In this document: one piece after another, positions 1 through 7,370 of the stretch
How positions within the stretch are numbered: the first letter of the stretch is position 1
Layout of the letters: every line of letters starts with the position of its first letter
From: Candidatus Eiseniibacteriota bacterium
GTDB taxonomy: Bacteria > Eisenbacteria > RBG-16-71-46 > DASYSL01
NCBI GenBank assembly: GCA_046598045.1
Contig: JBKJJJ010000104.1
Span: forward strand, 1 to 13,412
Reading direction: 5' to 3'
Length of the DNA stretch: 13,412 nt
Notes under the pieces: generated by a model
The model's database searches: none
Told to the model about the DNA's origin: nothing
What the model saw: the letters and a program-made list of their open reading frames with translations, nothing else
Position numbers and translations under genes: made by a program

Positions 1-558
1 GTGGCGTCGGACCCGAACACCGGACTCCAGTTCGCGCAGGGCAACGCGCTCTACCTGCCGATCGCCGAGCAGGCGCTCGACTGGGACCAGCGCCACACGC
101 TGAACGCGAACCTGATCCTGCGCGACCCGGGGAAGTGGGGGATCACGTTCCTGTGGACGTTCGGCTCGGGCTTGCCGTTCACGCCGACGTTCCGCAACGA
201 TCGCAAGCCCGATCCCAAGTACAAGAACACGCAGCGCCTGCCGAGCCAGTCATCGCTCTCGATCGTGGCCGACAAGTTCTTCCGGATCTGGGGGCAGAAC
301 GTGACGTTCTTCCTCGACGCGCGCAACGTGCTCGACGCCACGCCGATCGTCAACCCGGCGCCGAGCAACTTTCCGAATCCCTACGTCGACCAGGTGGGGC
401 AGGACTATCTCGTCTACTTCACCGAGACGGGTCGCGCCGGTGGAGCGTACCTGCGCGACACCAACGGCGACCGGGTGGATGACTGGGTCCCGGTCAAGGA
501 CCCCCGCGTGTTCGGCGAGGGTCGCAACATCCGGGTCGGGGCGGGGGTGTCTTTTTGA
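1..558 (+). CDS. TonB-dependent receptor-like outer-membrane beta-barrel protein, C-terminal part (5'-truncated by window)
   Basis: Frame open from base 1 to TGA at 556-558. Motifs 'LDWDQRHTLNANL', 'GSGLPFTP', 'FFLDARNVLD' and the terminal amphipathic strand 'GEGRNIRVGAGVSF' ending in Phe (BAM signal) are typical of TBDR C-termini. Confidence 0.85.
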   Translation: MASDPNTGLQFAQGNALYLPIAEQALDWDQRHTLNANLILRDPGKWGITFLWTFGSGLPFTPTFRNDRKPDPKYKNTQRLPSQSSLSIVADKFFRIWGQNVTFFLDARNVLDATPIVNPAPSNFPNPYVDQVGQDYLVYFTETGRAGGAYLRDTNGDRVDDWVPVKDPRVFGEGRNIRVGAGVSF

Positions 559-564
559 GCGCGA

Positions 565-2565
565 TCAGCGGAGCCGAACGATGCGCGCGTTGTGGACACC
601 GCGCGAGCCTTCGGCGCGCGCCCAGTAGAGGCCCGCGCGCACGGTGCGGCCTGAAAGATCGCGGCCATCCCATGACGCGCCGGTTGCGCCGGCGGCGCAC
701 GACACCTGCGCGACGAGGCGGCCGCGCGCGTCGTGGATGGTGAGGCGCCGGACCTCGAACCCCGGATCCCACGCCAGGCGCACCGTACCGCGCGAGGGGT
801 TCGGGACGGTGGTGAGGCGCGCCGCGGCCGGCCCGCCCGCGGGGACGGCGTCGACCAGAGGCTCGACCCGAAGCGTGTCCACGGAGCGCCACGCGAAGCC
901 GCCGTCGCGCCGGGTATCGGCAGGCCAGGAGTAGTCGCGCGGCGTGCGCGTACGGATGTTCTGGCTCGGCGACCGGTAGGTCAGCTCGAGCGGCATGCGC
1001 GTGCCCGCGGGCAGCGGGACCGTGCCCGTGTACACGCTGTCGTCGGCGAGGCTGTCGGGCCAGACACCGTCGTCCAGCAGCGGGAATTCGCCGAACGTCG
1101 CCGAGTCGGGTTCGATCGCGTGCGGCTCGACGGTGAGCGGCATCTGCGGCGTGAGCGCAGGACCGGTCAGCGCGGCGCGCACGATCAGCGTGTCGTCCGT
1201 CGCCAGCGCGAGGCGCTGGCTCAGGCCCCGGATCAGGTTCGCGCTCAGGAGTTGCAGCCGCGGATCCGGATCGCCGCCGCCCGCGTTCGGGGCGAGGCCC
1301 CAGCTCCACTGGATCGTGCCCGCCGCGAACACGCCGCCGCCCGCGCCGACGACGCCGAACGAGGGGCGCCTCTCGTAGTACGTGCTCGCCTGCACCTGCG
1401 GACAACCGGGGCCTTCGGTCGGCGTCTCGAACAGCTTGATTGCGCCCGGCGGCGAGGCGGAGTCGAAGTACGTGTCGAACTCGTAGCCCACGGTCAGGTT
1501 GCCGAAGCGATTGCCGACTTCGCCCTCGAGCCCGTCGCTGATCCACGCGTAGGGGTGCGCGAACCGCAGCGACTCCGCCGCCGTCCCACCGCAGTAGGGA
1601 TACATCACTCCGAGAAATTGGCACTCGGGGCGTCCGAGCACGCGATCGCGCCAGGTCACGGTCGTGGACTCGGGGAAGTCCGGCCACATCGGGTCGTTGC
1701 GCGCCTTGTAGCAGACCAGCGTGCGCCCCTGGTCCTCGTAGCGGGCGGCCCAGAAGCAGGTGTTGCCCCCGAACACCGCGACATTGCCCGCGCTGTCGGC
1801 GAAGGCTTGCACCGCATCGACCATGGAGGGGGACCAGTATTCGTTGTGGCCCACGACGACCAGGAGGCGCCGGCCGTCGAGGATCGACGGCGAAAGCGCG
1901 AGGTCGACGTCGGTCGCGTAGTCGGCGGTGAAGCCCGCGCCCTCGAACCAGCGCACGAACGGGCCCTCGAACTGTGGTTGTCCGAGGCCGCCGTGCGACC
2001 GGTACGGGCGGTCGAAGGTCACGCGCGGCGCGCGATCGTCGATGGAGTTGAAATCGTAGAGGCTCTTCCCGCCGAAGTTGTTATAGGCCTGGTAGGTGTT
2101 GACCGCGGAGAGGATCAGGATCGGGTTCGGCGCCAGTGCCGAGCCGCGCACCACGAACGGCACGCGCGTCGACTGGGTCGAGTCGTCGGGATCGAGCTCC
2201 ACGTCGTACCGTCCGCTCGGCCACCCGGCCGGGACGGTGAGCGTGTAGAGCGTCGGCCAGCCGCAGCCCTTGATCCACGAGCTGTCGGGCGCGGGGACGT
2301 CCTCGGGGACGAGCCCCCCGACCTCGAGCATGAGCGTGCGTACCGCCCCCACGCGGTAGCAGCGCAGCGTGAGCGATGCGCACGATCCCGAGACGTGGAT
2401 GCCCAGCGTGTCGAGCGCAGCCACGCTGGTCGCCGACGCGTAACCGGCGAGCGGGGTCGCGCCCGCGATGCCGGGCAGGCCCGCGAAGGCAAGGGCGATG
2501 CCGACGATCCAAGGGAGCCCGCGGGCAGAAAGACGGCGCGCGCAGGCCGGCATCGATCCGGTCAT
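565..2565 (-). CDS. Secreted N,N-dimethylformamidase large-subunit-like (DUF6605-type) protein with DDG-motif (choice-of-anchor X-like) domain and C-terminal FlgD-Ig/T9SS-CTD-like domain
   Basis: ATG at 2565 with GGAG 5 nt upstream (ORF track starts at 2583). Signal-like 'RRLSARGLPWIVGIALAFAGLPGIAGA'. Family motifs 'WPSGRY', 'TYQAYNNFGGKSLY', 'VTFDRPY', 'GHNEYWS', 'GYEFD', 'VFAAGTIQWSWGL'. Also 'LLDDGVWPDSLADDSVYTG' and tail 'PNP...IHDARGRLV...WDGRDLSG...AGLYW'. Confidence 0.8.
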   Translation of the reverse strand: MTGSMPACARRLSARGLPWIVGIALAFAGLPGIAGATPLAGYASATSVAALDTLGIHVSGSCASLTLRCYRVGAVRTLMLEVGGLVPEDVPAPDSSWIKGCGWPTLYTLTVPAGWPSGRYDVELDPDDSTQSTRVPFVVRGSALAPNPILILSAVNTYQAYNNFGGKSLYDFNSIDDRAPRVTFDRPYRSHGGLGQPQFEGPFVRWFEGAGFTADYATDVDLALSPSILDGRRLLVVVGHNEYWSPSMVDAVQAFADSAGNVAVFGGNTCFWAARYEDQGRTLVCYKARNDPMWPDFPESTTVTWRDRVLGRPECQFLGVMYPYCGGTAAESLRFAHPYAWISDGLEGEVGNRFGNLTVGYEFDTYFDSASPPGAIKLFETPTEGPGCPQVQASTYYERRPSFGVVGAGGGVFAAGTIQWSWGLAPNAGGGDPDPRLQLLSANLIRGLSQRLALATDDTLIVRAALTGPALTPQMPLTVEPHAIEPDSATFGEFPLLDDGVWPDSLADDSVYTGTVPLPAGTRMPLELTYRSPSQNIRTRTPRDYSWPADTRRDGGFAWRSVDTLRVEPLVDAVPAGGPAAARLTTVPNPSRGTVRLAWDPGFEVRRLTIHDARGRLVAQVSCAAGATGASWDGRDLSGRTVRAGLYWARAEGSRGVHNARIVRLR

Positions 2566-2705
2566 GCGATCTCCGGGTTGCACTCAAGGGGGGAAGACCG
2601 CCCAATGCGGGCTAGGGAGATAGGATACCTGTTTCGGTACCCGGCGGGAAGCGCAGCCCCGTCAGGCGCCCGGGCGCTCCATGGACCGTGGCGGCAGGGC
2701 CGGGG

Positions 2706-5507
2706 TCAGCGAGAGACCCACACCAGGCGCCCCGTGCGCGAGCCGCTCACCGAGCCAAGGAGCCGCACGAAATACAGGCCCGCCGGCGCGTTCGAGCCGT
2801 CCGCCAGGCGACCGTCCCAGTCGGCCGCGTAGGCGCCGGCCGCGCGCGGTCCCTGCGCGAGCACGCGCGTGAGCCGCCCGCGCACGTCGTAGAGCGCGAG
2901 CGTGACGTCCTGCGCGACCGGCAGCCGGTAGCTCACCGAGGAACGAACGATGCCCGGATTGGGCACGGCGCGGCCGAGCGCGAACGCCTCGCCCGGTGCG
3001 AGCGGCACGGAGACCGGTACGCCGCCCGTGCCGGTCACGGTCACGTCGTCGAGCGTCCAGCCCGCGAGCTCGACGAACGAGTCCGAGACGAAGCGCCAGC
3101 GCGCCCGCGCAGTCTGGCCTGCGAACGGCGCGAGGTCGAACGTGGCCTGCACGAAGCCGCCGCTCGATCCGGAGTAGACCGGGGTCCCGTTGGCGAGCGG
3201 CGCGCTCGGGCCGCTCAACAGGACGCGCGGGTAGCCACCGACGGGCGTGATGCGCGACCACGAACCGCCGTTGTCGAGCGAGAGGTCGACCACGCCGCCG
3301 TCGTACGCGTTGGTCGGGGTGTTGTCGGTCTCGGCCGAGTACGCGTGCCAGAACCGCAGCTGCGCGCTCGGGGTCACGAGGAAGGGCGCGGAGACCAGGC
3401 CGGCATCGAGGTTCGAGGGGTAGGTGCCCGGGCCGACCGCGCCGCACTTCCAGGCGAGCGCTCCGCCCGGCGTGTGGCCGGCGCCGGACTCGAGGTGCCA
3501 CGCGTCGCCATGATTGACCGTGAGCGCGGCATGGGTGTAGGCGCCGTCGCCCTGCTCGAACGTCTCGGCGTAGTTGTTGCCCACGAGCAGCGAGAACGGT
3601 GCGGTCGCCACGGGCACGCGGGTGCGATTGCGTAGGCTCGCGCGATCGACGGCGGTGAAGTGATAGCTGATCACGTCGCCGTACGCCGCGCCGGCGCCGA
3701 TCGCGAACGTGTACGGGCCGTCCCCCGTCGCGCGAACGGCGATTGTCTGCGGCGGGCTGCCCGTCTTCTGCCACTCGACCGCGAGCGAGTCGAGGCCGAG
3801 GTTGTCGAACGCCTGGACGCGCACCGGGAGCGGCATCTGCGCGACCGACGGGTCGGGCGGCTGGAGGTGCGACAGCACCGGCGGCGTGGTGTCGGGCCCG
3901 ACGAGGTAGTGGAACGGTGTGCCCGGTGCGCCGGCGGGCAGCGTGCCCGTGATGCCCGCGGAGTCCGAGGCGGCGGTCAGGTAGTAGTCGACGCTCGAGC
4001 CGTTCGGCTGGGCCGGGATCGCGGCCGCGTAGGTGTCGCCGCCCTGGGGCGCCATCGGAACAGCGCTGTAGGAGGCGCCGTTGACGCGATAGTGCAGTTG
4101 CGGCGAACCCGGGTCGAACCCGATCAGGCGGCTCTTCTGCGCGATCGACATGTCGGCCGAGACGGGGCGCGGCAAGGTGGTGTTCTCCGTGTCCTTGAGC
4201 GGTACGCTCGCGATCGCGACCGTCCCGGCGACCGAGTTGAGGTGCGAGTTCATGCTCGCCAGCCCGTGCACCGCGGCCGCGAAGTGCGGCAAGAACTGCG
4301 AGCGGAAGAGATCGAGCTTCGCGAGGTCGGCCGGGGTCGGCGCCTCGCCATTGCGGACCAGAAGCACGAATGCGATGTGGAACGTCTTGGGCGAGACCAG
4401 CTTTCCCGGCGAGCGCAACCCGTTGACCGCGGTGATCTGGCTGATGTCGACCGCGCGCCGGTTGCCGGTCGCGGTCACGCTGGTCTCGGGAGCGGACTTG
4501 CGCGTGTACGGGTTCGGCGGCACGAAGATCGCCGGATTTGCGATGTACCACAGCGTGTCGACCTCGCTCGAATCCCGCAGGCCGAACAGGTACTCGTCGA
4601 GGTAGCACCAGCGCGTCGTCGCCTGCGTGCTGGTGAACGTGCCGTCGCCATTGTCGCGCCACTGGTTGCCCTCGATCTCCGAGGCCAGCGAGTTGAACAA
4701 GAAGCCCCAGTGCTGGTCGTCGCGTCCGAGGATCGCGTACGACGCGGTGTCGGCGTCGAGGAACGTCGTGTAGGCGGCGAAGCGGTGGCCGGTCTCGTGT
4801 TCGATCACGTCGAGGCTCGAATTCGAGGCGACGACCGCGGCATTCGGATCCTCGGGGTAAACCGAGAGCCGGTTGAAATTCTGGAACGAGCACAACGTGC
4901 CCCCCGAGCCGAACGAGGGCGTGTAGTCGAAGAGGTCGAGCCCGATCCCCTGGATCTCGTTCTTGACGTTCAGTTCGTAGGCGAAGCCCCCATCGAGCGA
5001 CAGGTTCGTGATGTTCGACGCCGCGAACACGCAGATGTCGTCGTACTCGTCGTTGTGGATCGAGAGGAACTTGCGCGTCAGCGCGGGGGCGTCGATGCGC
5101 ACGTTCGCGCCCGCGGGGACGAGGATCGTGCCGTCGTCCTCGATCACCGCGATGTCGCCGCGGTCGTAGGACTGCGAGGTCGGCAGCAGCGTGATGCTCG
5201 CCGGATCGCGTGCCTGGTCGAGCCGGATCTCCTCGAGCACGCGCTCGGGGTAGGAGTCGTCGAGCGGCAACGTTTGTACGGCCACGTCCGGACCCGCGCT
5301 CGCGAGGCCGGGTTGCACATCCCACGAACGCTCCGGCAGCGCCGGGCGCGGCCGCACGACGCGTTCGCCCGTGTGCGGGTCGCGTCCGGCCCGCAGCGAC
5401 GCGGGCGCCGGGCGGGCATCGGGGCCGGACACGCGGGCCAGCACGAATGCCATGGCAAGGGCGGTCGCAAGCGCGAGGCGGGCCAGGCTCGGTGCAGGAC
5501 GGCGCAT
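2706..5507 (-). CDS. Secreted multidomain putative zinc metallopeptidase (HExxH) with Ig-like and jelly-roll domains and C-terminal FlgD-Ig/T9SS-CTD-like domain
   Basis: ATG at 5507 preceded by GAGAGG. Signal-like 'MRRPAPSLARLALATALAMAFVLA'. HETGH at 4785-4799, then 'HWGFLF' and 'YLDEYLFGL'. Beta-sandwich-type segments 'VDYYLTA' and 'ISYHFTAVD'. InhA/MAM-like 'LRFWH..YDGGVVDLSLDNGGSW..WRFVSD..GWTLDDV'. Tail 'PNP..LYDVRGRL..WDGR..AGLYF'. 933 aa. Confidence 0.8.
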   Translation of the reverse strand: MRRPAPSLARLALATALAMAFVLARVSGPDARPAPASLRAGRDPHTGERVVRPRPALPERSWDVQPGLASAGPDVAVQTLPLDDSYPERVLEEIRLDQARDPASITLLPTSQSYDRGDIAVIEDDGTILVPAGANVRIDAPALTRKFLSIHNDEYDDICVFAASNITNLSLDGGFAYELNVKNEIQGIGLDLFDYTPSFGSGGTLCSFQNFNRLSVYPEDPNAAVVASNSSLDVIEHETGHRFAAYTTFLDADTASYAILGRDDQHWGFLFNSLASEIEGNQWRDNGDGTFTSTQATTRWCYLDEYLFGLRDSSEVDTLWYIANPAIFVPPNPYTRKSAPETSVTATGNRRAVDISQITAVNGLRSPGKLVSPKTFHIAFVLLVRNGEAPTPADLAKLDLFRSQFLPHFAAAVHGLASMNSHLNSVAGTVAIASVPLKDTENTTLPRPVSADMSIAQKSRLIGFDPGSPQLHYRVNGASYSAVPMAPQGGDTYAAAIPAQPNGSSVDYYLTAASDSAGITGTLPAGAPGTPFHYLVGPDTTPPVLSHLQPPDPSVAQMPLPVRVQAFDNLGLDSLAVEWQKTGSPPQTIAVRATGDGPYTFAIGAGAAYGDVISYHFTAVDRASLRNRTRVPVATAPFSLLVGNNYAETFEQGDGAYTHAALTVNHGDAWHLESGAGHTPGGALAWKCGAVGPGTYPSNLDAGLVSAPFLVTPSAQLRFWHAYSAETDNTPTNAYDGGVVDLSLDNGGSWSRITPVGGYPRVLLSGPSAPLANGTPVYSGSSGGFVQATFDLAPFAGQTARARWRFVSDSFVELAGWTLDDVTVTGTGGVPVSVPLAPGEAFALGRAVPNPGIVRSSVSYRLPVAQDVTLALYDVRGRLTRVLAQGPRAAGAYAADWDGRLADGSNAPAGLYFVRLLGSVSGSRTGRLVWVSR

Positions 5508-5547
5508 GGTGTGACCTCTCGGGCGGCGGGGAGGAGCCTCGCGCGGA

Positions 5548-5553
5548 ATCATA
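5548..5553 (-). promoter_or_regulatory. Candidate -10 element (TATGAT) for the metallopeptidase-like gene
   Basis: Near-consensus TATGAT in the short 5508-5559 intergenic region, about 40 nt upstream of ATG 5507. It stands out in a high-GC background. No convincing -35. Confidence 0.4.
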
Positions 5554-5559
5554 CTCCAA

Positions 5560-7083
5560 TCAGGGAGCCCACACGATGCGCTGCGCGGCGGCGCGCACAA
5601 CCCCGCCCACGCGCGCGAAATAGACCCCCGCCGGGGCGCGCGTGCCGTCGTCGCGCTCGCCGCGCCAGGTGACGGGCGTACCGCCCCCGGGCACGGCCAG
5701 CGTGCGCACGCGCCTGCCGGCGGGGTCCCGGATCACGATCCGGTCCCCGGCCTCGCAGCCCTCCGCGGCGAGCTCGACCGCGCCGCGCGCCGGATTTGGC
5801 CTGACCATGAGCTGCGCACGCGCGGACGCCGGGCCCAACAGCGCCTGGGTCAGGCGCAGAAGCGTGAACTCGCCCGGGCCGAGCGCGAGCCGGACCTCGG
5901 GCGCGGCGGCCGTGCCGCACGGGGCGAGCGCGCGCCACCCGCCGTCCGGGTCGAGCCGCTGGATGCGCACGCGCGGCGTAACCAGGAGCGTGACCTCCTG
6001 CGCGGCGAGCGAGTCACTGTTCGCCACGAAACGCACGTCGCGCCCGAGCGAGTCGGTGAACATGGCGACACAGGCGCGGCCGACGACGCCCACGACCGCC
6101 GCGTCGGGCGCGAACGCGTCGCCGCGGGACGGCTGGGACCCCGCGTACTCCGTCATGCGCCAGGCGTCACCCGCCAGCTCGACGCCGACGGCGCGGGTCT
6201 CGCGATTGATCCGGCGCGCGGCGTCCCACAGCGGCGTGCGCTGACCGGCGGTGTCGACCAGCGACGGTTGCCAGTCGTAGAACGGATTGGCGTCGGGTGT
6301 CCAGTAGGTGAACCAGCCGATCCCGCGCGCGCCGTAAGACAGCCAGGTCCCGATCTGCCAGCGCAACTCGCCTTCGGAGGGCGCGCGGAACGGCCGATGC
6401 GGAATCACCTGGATGATGCCCCAGAACGGCAGCCCCGATTCGCGCGCGACCAACGCGAGTCCGCGTACGTTCTCGACCTGTTGCCCGAGATCGTGGTCCG
6501 CGAGCAGGTCGTAGTGGTCGTCGCTCAGGATCGAGGGATGGACGAGCGCCACGTACTGCCGGACGAACGCGAGGTAGTCGTCGTACGACGCGAACGAACT
6601 GCGGCCGCTCAGGTTGTTCCACCCAGGGTGATCGGGATCGCGCTCGGCGAGGCGGGCGAAGAAACCGGCGATCAGCGGCAGGCGATCCGGATTCGGTTCG
6701 TCGCCGAGGTAGTAGGCGAGAAACGCCGGCTGGTTCGCGAAGCGCGCCACGATCGAGTCGAGTACGCCGAACGTAGCCGGGTCCTCGGGGTTGACCTGCC
6801 TCAGCCGGCGATCCCAGGCGATGCAGGTCAGGCCGTTCGCCTGCGCGAGGTCGAGGCGCGCCTGGGTATCGGCCACGAGGCCCGAGTCGCGCCAGGCCGG
6901 GAGCATGACGTTCATCCCCGCGCCGGCGTAGTCGCTCACCCGCAGGGAGTCGGTCCACTCGGGCGGCGGCGCGAGCCAGCCGAAGGTCGTGAAGCGGGGG
7001 AGGTTCTTGACGGCGGCGGCCCGTGCGGAGAGCGGGGCGACAAGGAGAGCGAGGACGAGAGACCAGCGGGCGAAGGGGGGCAT
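5560..7083 (-). CDS. Secreted glycoside-hydrolase-like TIM-barrel protein with C-terminal FlgD-Ig/T9SS-CTD-like domain
   Basis: Signal peptide 'MPPFARWSLVLALLVAPLSARA'. GH-like motifs 'YAGAGMN', 'PAFLAYYLGDEP', 'ILSDDHY', 'PFWGIIQ', 'LSYGARGIGWFTYW'. Tail 'PNP..IRDPAGRRVRTL..WRG..DG..AGVYFAR'. Start is ATG 7083 (preferred) or ATG 7095. Confidence 0.75.
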   Translation of the reverse strand: MPPFARWSLVLALLVAPLSARAAAVKNLPRFTTFGWLAPPPEWTDSLRVSDYAGAGMNVMLPAWRDSGLVADTQARLDLAQANGLTCIAWDRRLRQVNPEDPATFGVLDSIVARFANQPAFLAYYLGDEPNPDRLPLIAGFFARLAERDPDHPGWNNLSGRSSFASYDDYLAFVRQYVALVHPSILSDDHYDLLADHDLGQQVENVRGLALVARESGLPFWGIIQVIPHRPFRAPSEGELRWQIGTWLSYGARGIGWFTYWTPDANPFYDWQPSLVDTAGQRTPLWDAARRINRETRAVGVELAGDAWRMTEYAGSQPSRGDAFAPDAAVVGVVGRACVAMFTDSLGRDVRFVANSDSLAAQEVTLLVTPRVRIQRLDPDGGWRALAPCGTAAAPEVRLALGPGEFTLLRLTQALLGPASARAQLMVRPNPARGAVELAAEGCEAGDRIVIRDPAGRRVRTLAVPGGGTPVTWRGERDDGTRAPAGVYFARVGGVVRAAAQRIVWAP

Positions 7084-7090
7084 GGCCCCG

Positions 7091-7096
7091 AGCATA
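7091..7096 (-). promoter_or_regulatory. Candidate -10 element (TATGCT) for a leaderless transcript of the GH-like gene
   Basis: TATGCT-N7-ATG(7083) with no Shine-Dalgarno. This spacing puts the transcription start at or next to the ATG. Confidence 0.45.
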
Positions 7097-7102
7097 CGCC
7101 CG

Positions 7103-7138
7103 AAATGAAGAAGGGCGGCGCCCCGAAAGGCGCCGCCC
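7103..7138 (-). terminator. Intrinsic terminator downstream of the csp gene
   Basis: Perfect 10-bp GC stem GGGCGGCGCC (7113-7122 / 7129-7138) with a 6-nt loop. On the minus strand it is followed by TTCTTCATTT, about 30 nt after the csp stop. Confidence 0.8.
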
Positions 7139-7169
7139 CGGCTTCGTTGTAGCGGTTCAGCCCAGGCGA

Positions 7170-7370
7170 CTAGCCCCGGCGGACGTTCGCAGCCTGCAGT
7201 CCCTTCGGACCCTGGGTCACGTCGAATTCGAGCGCCTCACCCTCGGCCAGGGTCTTGAAGCCGTCCCCCTGGATCGCCGAGAAGTGAACGAACACGTCCT
7301 CGCCGCCCTCCTGCGAGATGAAACCGAAACCCTTCGCCTCGTTGAACCACTTCACCGTGCCACGAGCCAC
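7170..7370 (-). CDS. csp: Cold-shock protein (CspA family), 66 aa
   Basis: GTG at 7370 with AAGGAG SD 7 nt upstream. '[15 protein letters not shown]' (RNP1), 'DVFVHFSAI' (RNP2), '[10 protein letters not shown]'. The exact paralogue cannot be named. Confidence 0.98.
   Translation of the reverse strand: MARGTVKWFNEAKGFGFISQEGGEDVFVHFSAIQGDGFKTLAEGEALEFDVTQGPKGLQAANVRRG

Noticed and set aside
565..815. Flagellar hook-capping gene flgD
   Set aside because: Only the Ig-like tail resembles FlgD. The proteins have Sec-type signals and enzyme domains, and there are no flagellar genes nearby.
2566..2705. Small hairpins in the intergenic region (e.g. GGGTACC-gaaaca-GGTATCC on the minus strand, about 2623-2642)
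   Set aside because: Short stems with no U tract, expected by chance at this GC content. No promoter or RNA family was recognisable.
733..2832. 699-aa plus-strand ORF antisense to the DMFase-like gene
   Set aside because: Arg/Ala/Gly-rich with no motifs. It is the usual stop-poor antisense shadow of a high-GC gene.
3660..5672. 670-aa plus-strand ORF and the 965-aa alternative-frame minus ORF (2662-5559)
   Set aside because: Both overlap the motif-bearing peptidase-like CDS and have low-complexity Arg/Pro-rich translations typical of off-frame GC-rich DNA.
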